Assembly: GCA_046595815.1 (NCBI GenBank)
Contig: JBKJSN010000088.1
Coordinates: 10,264-74,263 of the forward strand
Reading direction: 5' to 3'
Length of the DNA stretch: 64,000 bases
Source of the DNA: Mycobacteriales bacterium
GTDB lineage: Bacteria > Actinomycetota > Actinomycetes > Mycobacteriales > SCTD01
The notes below the pieces were generated by a model, which did no database searches, was not told where the DNA came from, and worked only from the letters and a program-made list of their open reading frames with translations. Both the position numbers and the translations under genes were made by a program. Positions 45,292-52,833 of the stretch are shown here, piece after piece. Each line of letters begins with the position of its first letter. Positions within the stretch are counted from its first letter, which is position 1.

Positions 45292-45618
45292 CTACAGGCC
45301 CGCAATGCCGAGGCCACCGGTCATCGGGCCCATCGTCTGCGCACCGAGCTCGTGCGCCTGCTCCTGGCCGTTGCGGGCGGCGGCGAGCACGAGGTCCTCG
45401 ATGCTCTCCACGTCGTCCGGGTCCACGGCCTTCGGGTCGATCTTGATGCGCAGCACCTCACCGGCGCCGCTGACGATGACCTCAACGAGCCCGCCACCCG
45501 CCGTACCCGTGAGCTCGGTCGCGGCGAGCTGCTCCTGCGCCTGCAGCATCTGCTGCTGCATCTTCTGCGCCTGCTTCATCAGCTGCTGCATGTTCGGCTG
45601 TCCGCCGGGCTTGGCCAC
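45292..45618 (-). CDS. ybaB: YbaB/EbfC-family nucleoid-associated protein
   Basis: 108 aa: MQQLMKQAQKMQQQMLQAQEQL... Directly abuts recR. Confidence 0.9.
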   Translation of the reverse strand: MAKPGGQPNMQQLMKQAQKMQQQMLQAQEQLAATELTGTAGGGLVEVIVSGAGEVLRIKIDPKAVDPDDVESIEDLVLAAARNGQEQAHELGAQTMGPMTGGLGIAGL

Positions 45619-45651
45619 GTCTTGCTCCTCGCTGTTCCTGGTCCGGTGAGA

Positions 45652-47451
45652 CTAGGTCTCGTTGATGACACGGCCGCCGAGCTGGTCCTGCAGCAGCGCG
45701 ATGGCGGCGTCCTCGCCGTGCTGCACCGCGCGCTCCGGCTCGGGCGCCTCGGGGTCCACGGGCTCGATCTCGTCGCCGGGGGCGAACCCCTCATAAGCGG
45801 GTACGGCGGCAGCTGGCGCCTCGGGCAAGGTCGGGGACTCGGCACCCACGACCAGGGCCAGATCGACCTGGAGCCCGAGCACCTCGGCCAAGGCCTCCTT
45901 CAGGACGGCTTCGTTCGTGCCGGTCTGGAAGGTGCGGATCAGGCCGGCCGTCGAGAAGCCGAGGGTCAGGGTCCGGCCGGTGAGGCTGAGCACGGTGGCG
46001 TTGAGCAGCAGCGCCTTCGTGGCCCGCTTGCGGCTGTTCGCGGCGTCGAGCACCGCATCCCAGGACCGGCGCAACGCGGTGGCGTCCAGGCCCCCTGCGG
46101 CAGCCGGTTCGGCGGGCGTGCTCGCTGCGGGCTGGGGTTCCGCCGTACCGCCGAGGGTTGCGGCGGCCGGCCACGCGGCGGGGGCGGGAGCGGGCGCTGC
46201 TGGAGGCGCTGCTGCGGGGGTCGGTGCCGGCGTCGCGGCGGGCGGGGGTGCGACGGGAGCCGAGCGAGGCGCGGCCGCGGGGGCGTCACCGATGTCGAAG
46301 CGACGCTCCAACCGCTCGAGGCGGGTGAGCAGCGCGGCCTCGTCGGTCGAGGCGCCCGGAAGGAGGACGCGCGCGCACAGCAGCTCCAGTAGCAACCGGG
46401 GCGCGGTCGTGCCCTTGAGCTCGGTGAGGCCGTCGTGGAACAGGTCGGCGGCACGGGAGAGCCCAGCGGGCCCCATCGCCTGCGCCTGCCGGAGCATCGC
46501 GGGGAGCTGGTCCTCGGGGACGTCGAGGAGCTTTTTGTCCAGGGCCTCGGGTACGGCGGCCAGCACGACCAGGTCACGAAGCCGCTGCAGGACGTCCTCG
46601 ACGAAGCGACGCGGCGCCAACCCGCTCTCCAGCACCTGGTCGACGGTCGCGAAGACAGCCGCGCCGTCCTTGGCCGCGAAGGCCTCCACGACGTCGTCCA
46701 GCAGGGTGTCCGGGGTGACGCCGAGCAGCGACGCGGCGCCTTCACGGGTGACCCCGTCCGGACCGGCAGCCGCGAGAACCTGGTCCAGGATCGACAGGCC
46801 GTCACGGGCACTGCCGGCGGCGGCGCGCACGACGAGGGGCATGACGGTCGGGTCGACCGGCACGCCCTCCTTGGCGACGACCTCCTCCAGCAGGGCGGTG
46901 AGGTCGGCGCGCGGCATGAGCCGGAAGGGGTAGTGGTGGGTGCGCGAGCGGATGGTGCCGAGCACCTTCTCCGGCTCGGTGGTGGCGAACACGAAGCGCA
47001 GGAACTCCGGCGGCTCCTCGACGAGCTTGAGCAGCGCGTTGAACGCCGCCGTCGTCACCATATGAGCCTCGTCGATGATGTAGATCTTGTAGCGGCTCAA
47101 CACCGGGGCGTAGAAGGCCCGCTCACGCAGGTCTCGGGCGTCGTCGACGCCGTTGTTGGAGGCCGCATCGATCTCGATGACGTCGAGGGTTCCGCTGCCG
47201 TTCGGCGCCAGCCCGACGCAGCTGTCGCACTCGCCGCACGGGTCGGGGGTCGGACCCTGCTCGCAGTTGAGCGACCGCGCGAGGATGCGCGCGCTGGAGG
47301 TCTTGCCGCACCCGCGCGGACCGCTGAACAGGTAGGCGTGGTTCACCTTGCCGTTCAGCAGCGCCTGTCGGAGCGGACCGGTGACGTGCTCTTGGCCCTT
47401 GACCTCAGCCAAGGTCCCGGGACGGTACTTGCGGTACAGCGCCAACGACAC
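45652..47451 (-). CDS. dnaX: DNA polymerase III subunits gamma/tau
   Basis: GTG start 47451 (VSLALYRKYRPGTLAEV), Walker A GPRGCGKTS, zinc module CGECDSC, DEAH (IIDEAHM). The track start further upstream would run through the SRP RNA. Confidence 0.9.
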   Translation of the reverse strand: MSLALYRKYRPGTLAEVKGQEHVTGPLRQALLNGKVNHAYLFSGPRGCGKTSSARILARSLNCEQGPTPDPCGECDSCVGLAPNGSGTLDVIEIDAASNNGVDDARDLRERAFYAPVLSRYKIYIIDEAHMVTTAAFNALLKLVEEPPEFLRFVFATTEPEKVLGTIRSRTHHYPFRLMPRADLTALLEEVVAKEGVPVDPTVMPLVVRAAAGSARDGLSILDQVLAAAGPDGVTREGAASLLGVTPDTLLDDVVEAFAAKDGAAVFATVDQVLESGLAPRRFVEDVLQRLRDLVVLAAVPEALDKKLLDVPEDQLPAMLRQAQAMGPAGLSRAADLFHDGLTELKGTTAPRLLLELLCARVLLPGASTDEAALLTRLERLERRFDIGDAPAAAPRSAPVAPPPAATPAPTPAAAPPAAPAPAPAAWPAAATLGGTAEPQPAASTPAEPAAAGGLDATALRRSWDAVLDAANSRKRATKALLLNATVLSLTGRTLTLGFSTAGLIRTFQTGTNEAVLKEALAEVLGLQVDLALVVGAESPTLPEAPAAAVPAYEGFAPGDEIEPVDPEAPEPERAVQHGEDAAIALLQDQLGGRVINET

Positions 47452-47471
47452 CCGCAGGTCCTCCTTCAAGG

Positions 47472-47565
47472 AAAGGACCCCTCGCGCACCCGCCAAGAGC
47501 CCGCCTGCCCTTGCTGCCTTCCGGCCCTGGGGGGGTTCAGCGAGAAGAGCGCCGCACGAGGGGTC
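47472..47565 (-). ncRNA. ffs: signal recognition particle RNA (small bacterial type); ends approximate
   Basis: The minus strand contains the conserved domain IV core CCAGGGCCGGAAGGCAGCAAGGGCAGG, closed by the long helix GACCCCTCG...CGAGGGGTC. Canonical position between tRNA-Ser and dnaX. Confidence 0.75.
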
Positions 47566-47627
47566 TGCGCCCATCCTAGGGGTACGGCGGTCAGGTGCTG
47601 CTCGGGCGCTGCGCTAATCTCATCGAC

Positions 47628-47716
47628 GGAGGATTCGCCTAGTTGGCCTATGGCGCACGCTTGGAAAGCGTGTTGGGGGCAACCCCTCGCGAGTTCGAAT
47701 CTCGCATCCTCCGCCA
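47628..47716 (+). tRNA. tRNA-Ser (anticodon GGA), CCA encoded
   Basis: Acceptor GGAGGAT/ATCCTCC, anticodon stem CACGC/GCGTG with loop TTGGAAA, long variable arm (GGGG/CCCC), T arm GCGAG-TTCGAAT-CTCGC, then G plus CCA. Confidence 0.9.
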
Positions 47717-47756
47717 CGACTCTCCCGGGTCTTCGGATCCTGACGGGGTGCTGGGC

Positions 47757-48360
47757 TCATCGGACGACGATGGAGCCCAGCACTCGCCAGTTCGGTTTGC
47801 CGGCATAGAGCAGGGCACGGACTCGGTAGTTGCGGAAGTTGCGGAAGCCGAACCCGATCCGCTTGATGCGCTTGATCAGGTTGTTGAGCGCCTCGGTGGG
47901 GCCGTTGCCGACGCGGGCGATGTGGAAGTTGCAGATCTTGTCGAACCACTTCTCGAGTGTGCCGCCGAGTTTGCGGAGCTCGAAGGGCATGGTGGGTCGC
48001 TTGCAGTGCTCGATCAGCTCGCGGAGCATCGCTCGGGCGGGGTCGATGTCGGTGCAGCGGTAGAACTCGCGCAGCCGTTCTTTGACCCGGTAGGCGATCG
48101 CGACCTCACCGTTGGGGTCGCCCTGGGCCAGCAGTGAAGCCAGTCGTTGCTGGGCTGCTTCGGTGAGCCGTTCCTCACCGGTCAGCAATACGCGACGCAC
48201 CCGGAACAGTGGGTCGCGCGCGACGTCCGCGGTGGCCCTTGTCCTCGCGTTGCACCCGGCGCCGGACCTCATCCAGCGCCCGGTTGGCGAGCTGGATGCA
48301 AGGGAAGGCGTCAACGACCTGCTTGGCCTTGGGCAGCGCTGCGGGGCTCGCGCGCAGGTC
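47757..48360 (-). pseudogene. ISL3-family transposase remnant (5'-truncated, frameshifted)
   Basis: C-terminal ISL3-like sequence (RVRRVLLTGEERL ... NGPTEALNNLIKRIKRIGFGFRNFRNYRVR). A different frame upstream reads KQVVDAFPCIQLANRALDEVRRRVQRE..GHRGR. Frameshift near 48214-48222, in-frame TAG at about 48361. No N-terminal half. Confidence 0.8.
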
Positions 48361-48449
48361 CTAGGCGTCGCTATTCGGTCGGCGGCGTCGGCGTTCTCGA
48401 GTGTTGGGGAAGGGAACGTTTGGTGCGTGCAGAGCCGACGTTCTGGACA

Positions 48450-49238
48450 TCACCGACCGACCCGCTTCAGGGGCGGAACCTGAGCAGCGCCGAAGATGGC
48501 GGGCCGGGACACCTGCACCGCGACCACGAAGCACACCGCCCACAGCACGGCGACCGCAGCCCAGGTCCGCCCGATGCTGCCCGCCAGGTCCGGCTCAAAC
48601 CACGAAACGACTGCCAGCCAGACAGTCGCGGTCCCGACACACCAGGTCGGCACACGCCACCCCTGGGGGTGCCCCGCGGCCAGAGTTGCTCCCAGCAGCA
48701 ACGCGATGGGGAGCGCCGCCTGGATGGGCCAGTGGTCAAGGCCCCAGGTGTCATCTGCGACGAGATTGGTGCCGGTCGCTCGGGCTGAGTTCCACGAATA
48801 GGCGAAGGCCGGGGCGGCGGCCAGGACCACGAGCGCGGCCGGTAGCAGAGACGGCCGCCAGTACGACGGCCACGCTCGGAGCCCACCCCCCGTCGCCGCG
48901 AGAACGGCCGTGGTCACTGCGAGAGCGGCCGCGACGACGAGGTGCCCAGCCGACCCGCTCACTGCCGAAGCCGTCGCGACCGCCACGGCCACTGCGACCA
49001 CCAGGCCGAGCGCGGCTGGCGTGGCAGCCGCCGGCCTCACCACGAGTGCCAGCAGCGGCGCAGCCACCAGGAACAGAAAGAGCAGCCCCCAGCCGGTGGA
49101 CAGCAGCAGGGTCCGGTGGAAGTCCGGACCCTGCGCGAAAGCTAAGAGGTCGGTCAGGCCGAAGAAGAAAAATCCCCACAAGACGGCGAGGGCGGCGGCC
49201 AGAGTGCGGTGCAGGCGGGCCACAGACAGGCACCTCAT
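48450..49238 (-). CDS. integral membrane protein, function unknown
   Basis: 262 aa with about 8 hydrophobic helices. No motif recognised. Confidence 0.6.
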   Translation of the reverse strand: MRCLSVARLHRTLAAALAVLWGFFFFGLTDLLAFAQGPDFHRTLLLSTGWGLLFLFLVAAPLLALVVRPAAATPAALGLVVAVAVAVATASAVSGSAGHLVVAAALAVTTAVLAATGGGLRAWPSYWRPSLLPAALVVLAAAPAFAYSWNSARATGTNLVADDTWGLDHWPIQAALPIALLLGATLAAGHPQGWRVPTWCVGTATVWLAVVSWFEPDLAGSIGRTWAAVAVLWAVCFVVAVQVSRPAIFGAAQVPPLKRVGR

Positions 49239-49681
49239 TGCGGGGCGTTAGGACGTCGGTGACGGGCCCGGCGGCGCCCGCTTGTGAACTGAACTGCGGC
49301 CAGCGTCGTGACTAGAACGAGGTCCCCCGTGCTTCTGTGTGACCCAAGACGACGTCCAAAGCGGCGACCCCCAGGGGCCGCAAGATCACCGGCATCACTG
49401 GGTCATCCAGCGCGTTCAGTCGCGTCACCAGGGTCATGGGCGCCAGTATGTCCCATCCTGCGCGTACTCGCGGCGATCGTGACCGGCATCCCTGCCGTTC
49501 TCATCAGTCCAGGCGATCTTGCTCCCACGCACTTACCCGCCCCGATCCCAGCCCGCTGCCGTACGGGCCGTTGTTCGTCGCTGTGCCGGACCTGGGTGAA
49601 GGCGCTTCCTGCCGGCGAGCTACCCGCCTTCGTGGCGGATGTCATCAGTGCGGCCCGCCAGCGGGAAGCTCCCGGTGCCGG

Positions 49682-49732
49682 CGAAAGCGTCTTGGGGGCA
49701 ACCCCTCGCGAGTTCGAATCTCGCATCCTCCG
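49682..49732 (+). repeat. duplicate of the 3' half of tRNA-Ser(GGA) (att-type direct repeat; partner 47664-47714)
   Basis: GAAAGCGTcTTGGGGGCAACCCCTCGCGAGTTCGAATCTCGCATCCTCCGC is identical to 47664-47714 except for one base (50/51). It starts in the anticodon loop and ends in the acceptor stem. Confidence 0.9.
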
Positions 49733-49737
49733 CGCAA

Positions 49738-49775
49738 CCGACGACCCCGGTCCCTCCCTTGGGCCCGGGGTCGTC
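49738..49775 (+). terminator. strong hairpin just downstream of the tRNA-Ser fragment (probable original tRNA terminator/processing stem)
   Basis: 12-bp perfect arms CGACGACCCCGG (49738-49749) and CCGGGGTCGTCG (49764-49775) with a 14-nt loop. No clear T-run. Confidence 0.5.
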
Positions 49776-49834
49776 GTCGTGCGTCGTGTCATGGCTTGTA
49801 CGCCGTCCCGCTCGGGGCTGGCCGTGACATCGAA

Positions 49835-49870
49835 AACCCCTGAACCCGCTCAGCTGTGGGTTCAGGGGTT
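49835..49870 (-). terminator. hairpin terminator candidate (minus strand)
   Basis: 13-bp perfect arms AACCCCTGAACCC / GGGTTCAGGGGTT with a 10-nt loop. On the minus strand the stem runs into TTTTCG. It lies about 310 nt downstream of the 644-aa gene. Confidence 0.5.
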
Positions 49871-50181
49871 CTCGATCTCCGAAGAGATCACATTGGCGGG
49901 GTGGCGACGAAACTCCAAACCCGCAGGTCACAGTCATGGTCAACGAGATTCGCCCAAGGCGGTGCACGCGTTTTGCCCCGGACCTTGCACACTCCACAAA
50001 CCGACTCTCGAGGCGCGGAGCCTGAGTCGTACGGTGCGGTTCTGGGTGCGGTTCTGGGTGCGAGCGGGTGCCGTTGCCTGCCGGGTGAAGCCAGGGGCTG
50101 TCTTCGCAGCGAGCTGGTCGAAAGCGAGGTTGCGCTACTGGCAGATCCTGACCTGCTCAAAGCTTGGCGCCGCAGGTCTTC

Positions 50182-52116
50182 CTATCGGGTCTGACCGGTG
50201 CTCTCGGGCGCAGGCTGAGCTGCAGTCGGCTGCTGACGCAATCGGTGCGCCAGCAGGCTCTCCCGTCCTGCATCTGTGAGCCGGAAGGTCGAGGTGGGGC
50301 TCAGGGGGTTGTCGGTTGTACGGAGGATGAACCCCTTCTTCTCCGCCTCAGAAATCCAGCGGGTGCGGCTCTTGGTGGAGGCGAGGCTGAGCGCCTCAGC
50401 GATGCCCTTGGGTGAGAGCTCTCCGCCGCTACTGGCGTCGATGGCTGCGAGGAGCTCAGGCACCCGGCTCTCCCTGCTCCGGCCGTCCCTCACGGGCTTC
50501 TGCTGCTCATGCGCTGGCGCCTCGATAGCGCCAGCTCCCCGATCAGCTCCCCCGGTGCCCGCGGGCTCGTTGCTCAGCCTCCACGACGAGCTGTGCTTGC
50601 TACTTAGACGGTGAAGAATGCCGGCATCTTCGAGTGCCCGCAGTTCCGCTGCGGCGTCCACAAGCGCGCACGGTGCCAGGCTTCGGGCGGCCAAGTGCGT
50701 CCCGAAGGAAACGCCTGCCAGACCTGACTCGTTCACCTCCTCGCGCAACTGCATCAGACGGAGCAGAACGCTGACTAGGCGCAATCGGGCCGGGGAGCCC
50801 TCGACCTTCTTCTTCTCGAGCACCTGCCGGGCTGGCTCAAGGTCCAGCGTTCCCCTCAGCATGATGACCTGGAATGCGTTGGGCTTGTCTACGAACAGGA
50901 TTGGCATGCAGCCTGCAACGTGACACGCCTCGTCGGCGGCGGCAATGCCTGAGGTTTGATGCTCAACGATGCGAGCCCCGCTTGGGGAACGCAGCTCCTC
51001 AGCGATCCGCACCAGGCTGACGTTGCGTACGCCGGACATGTGGGTCATCCCAAGCTTCTCCAGGTCTGCATCCACGTGCAGTCCCCCTGGGCTGGTCACC
51101 ACAACCGAGGAGTCTGCTACCTCCACGAGCACGCTCGTGTCTCGTTGCGAAGGGGCGAACCCCCGGTGCACGAGGGCGTTGGACAAGACTTCTCGGAGTG
51201 TCTCGCGGGGAATGTCGAGCTCATCGAAGAGCTGCCCGCGCCGAACGACCTGCATGATGCCAAGTTCTTGATTCAGCGCCTCGAGTGTTTTGTCGAGCAG
51301 CTCCCCGGCGGTGCCGTCGATGTTGTGCGAAGCGAAGCGGGTGTCAGGAGGATCCGTGGCCTTGGGGTGCCTGCGGTAGCCGATGCGGCCGCTGTCGCTC
51401 CGGGTGTGGGGGTTCTCGCCTAGCGTCACTAGTCCGGCGTAGGTGAGCGTGCCGTCATCTCGCAGAACCCCCCACTGACGAAGCAAGTGCTCGTTGCCGT
51501 GCTCGGCCGACTTGGGGTTGGCGTTCCGTAGCGCCTGACAGAAGGCGTCGGCGGCAACGGTGTTCAGCGTGCTTCCCTCAGGGGCAGCCGCCCGGCTGAG
51601 GTCCTCACGCTTGCGGTTTGCCAACATTCCCGCGACCTCGGAAGGTGTCAGTCGCTGGTCGCCATCGCCCACTCGGATGAACGACCCCTTCTCGGGCCCA
51701 TCGCCCGCTCGGTGGCAGGGACGCTCATCTCTGGGTACCGCAGGAATGTCTGCGATCAGGACGGTGCCGTCGGGGTGGCTGACCAAGCTGATGGTGGCCC
51801 TCAGCGGTGGCTGCATCGATGCGCAGACTGCCTGAAACTCCGAGAGCATCTTTTGGGGGTTGTCCACGCCCGTCACGTCGAACGTGCCCGAGTTCTCGAA
51901 CACACCCAGCAAGAAGATGCCGCCCTCGCCGTTTGCAAAGGCACTGAGGGTTTCGTGGGTGGTCTCTGGAAGCGCTCGTTGCGCCCGCTTGGCTTCGATG
52001 AACTGATGGTCCGTTTTGACATCCCGAAGCTCGGCCAAAAGAGCATCCAAGGCATCGACATCCATCGGTGAGGCAGCTCCTGTCACGCGCAGCACGGTCC
52101 GCTCAGGAGTCCTCAA
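50182..52116 (-). CDS. AlbA_2 (Schlafen-like) plus HATPase_c_4 plus C-terminal winged-helix protein (putative DNA-binding ATPase/regulator)
   Basis: AlbA_2 signature (FIEAKRA ... LSAFANGEGGIFLLGV). HATPase_c_4 signature (REVLSNALVHRGF ... VVVTSPGGL). C-terminal wHTH-like segment (LSPKGIAEALSLASTKSRTRWISEAEKKGFILR). Track start 52116 is TTG; ATG 52065 (MDVDALDALL) is an alternative. Confidence 0.8.
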   Translation of the reverse strand: MRTPERTVLRVTGAASPMDVDALDALLAELRDVKTDHQFIEAKRAQRALPETTHETLSAFANGEGGIFLLGVFENSGTFDVTGVDNPQKMLSEFQAVCASMQPPLRATISLVSHPDGTVLIADIPAVPRDERPCHRAGDGPEKGSFIRVGDGDQRLTPSEVAGMLANRKREDLSRAAAPEGSTLNTVAADAFCQALRNANPKSAEHGNEHLLRQWGVLRDDGTLTYAGLVTLGENPHTRSDSGRIGYRRHPKATDPPDTRFASHNIDGTAGELLDKTLEALNQELGIMQVVRRGQLFDELDIPRETLREVLSNALVHRGFAPSQRDTSVLVEVADSSVVVTSPGGLHVDADLEKLGMTHMSGVRNVSLVRIAEELRSPSGARIVEHQTSGIAAADEACHVAGCMPILFVDKPNAFQVIMLRGTLDLEPARQVLEKKKVEGSPARLRLVSVLLRLMQLREEVNESGLAGVSFGTHLAARSLAPCALVDAAAELRALEDAGILHRLSSKHSSSWRLSNEPAGTGGADRGAGAIEAPAHEQQKPVRDGRSRESRVPELLAAIDASSGGELSPKGIAEALSLASTKSRTRWISEAEKKGFILRTTDNPLSPTSTFRLTDAGRESLLAHRLRQQPTAAQPAPESTGQTR

Positions 52117-52122
52117 CGCTCG

Positions 52123-52310
52123 AACCCTTTACCCAAACCTTACACCCAACTCCTGACTTCCCGCCCACTTGGGTAAAGGGTTCCCTGGCGCTCGGCCTGC
52201 GATACACGCTCAGAACTACCCCATGTGAGCAAGTTGGGTAAAGGGTTTCGGGCAAGTTGGGTAAAGGGTTGGTGCCTTGGGTAAAGGGTTGGTGCCTTGG
52301 GTAAAGGGTC
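52123..52310. repeat. iteron array: 14-bp motif TTGGGTAAAGGGTT, five direct copies plus one or two inverted copies
   Basis: Direct copies at 52169-52182, 52234-52247, 52257-52270, 52277-52290 and 52297-52310 (last base C). Inverted copy AACCCTTTACCCAA at 52123-52136. Degenerate inverted copy (11/14) at 52136-52149. The last three form 20-bp tandem units TTGGGTAAAGGGTTGGTGCC. Confidence 0.9.
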
Positions 52311-52514
52311 TCTGACGAGGGGGTGTGCCAGGTAACTGTTCAAGTAGAAGCGCTACCGACCCCGGACGTCCACTTCTGCCGGTGCCTGAGAGGGCCTGGT
52401 GGCGGCGCTACCGCGTTGCAGCCAGCAGTCAGGTTCTCATGAGCACGCCTAACAAGCCGGAAAGATGGGTCCAACCGCGCGCATTGTCGTGCTTGCTCGC
52501 AGGAGCGGCGTACG

Positions 52515-52748
52515 GTGCACACAATGGACCCTCTTGACGGTTTGCCGTCCGAGTCGCGCGCCGAGGTAGTGGCCGCTGTACAAGCCGCTTGGGACGTGAG
52601 CCCGGCCGCGGCTGAGGAGATTCTCCGCGCCGCTGAGCCGCTGTGGAACGTGCTCGAGGAACACGGCGGAGTGGATACCTGGGGCGGTATGGAGTTCGTC
52701 AATGTCTTCCCGCAGGCACTTGTACTCATCCGCAAAGCGTGCAACTGA
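52515..52748 (+). CDS. small acidic hypothetical protein (77 aa)
   Basis: GTG start 9 nt after AGGAG. About 70% G/C at third codon positions, within a locally lower-GC region. No motif recognised. Confidence 0.55.
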   Translation: MHTMDPLDGLPSESRAEVVAAVQAAWDVSPAAAEEILRAAEPLWNVLEEHGGVDTWGGMEFVNVFPQALVLIRKACN

Positions 52749-52833
52749 CGTACGTTCCAACGAGGCGCAGCCGATCCAAGCAGGTGCACCAGTTAGACCC
52801 ATCCCATCCGTCTTGTTAGCCGTACTCAGGTTC

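Noticed and set aside
45652-47451. Programmed ribosomal frameshift site in dnaX (gamma/tau)
   Set aside because: No A-AAA-AAG-type slippery heptamer was seen on the coding strand, so there is no evidence either way from reading alone.
47749-47784. 11-bp inverted repeat GTGCTGGGCTC / GAGCCCAGCAC at the 3' end of the ISL3 remnant, considered as an IS terminal repeat or terminator
   Set aside because: It lies within the last codons of the transposase frame. No matching repeat was found at the other (truncated) end, so it cannot be assigned.
49894-49925. TGGCGGGGTGGCGACGAAACTCCAAACCCGC resembles the 3' end of tRNA-Ser(CGA) (TGGCGGTGGCGGTGGGATTTGAACCCACG) and could be a second att repeat for an element integrated at that tRNA
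   Set aside because: The similarity is patchy and needs gaps, the T-loop is not canonical, and no cloverleaf can be drawn. It is too weak to call without a proper alignment.
49308-50279. 323-aa plus-strand ORF
   Set aside because: It reads through the tRNA-Ser fragment, both long hairpins and the tandem repeat, and then antisense into the 644-aa gene. It has no domain and an implausible composition.
52234-52310. Possible CRISPR array (regular 20-23 bp periodicity)
   Set aside because: The units are only 14-20 bp, with 6-9 bp invariant or near-identical linkers instead of unique spacers, and there are no cas genes. They are iterons, not CRISPR.
52140-52343. 67-aa minus-strand ORF across the iteron array
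   Set aside because: Its sequence is simply the translation of the repeated 14-bp motif (LPK/PLP repeats), with no SD and low GC. It was interpreted as non-coding.
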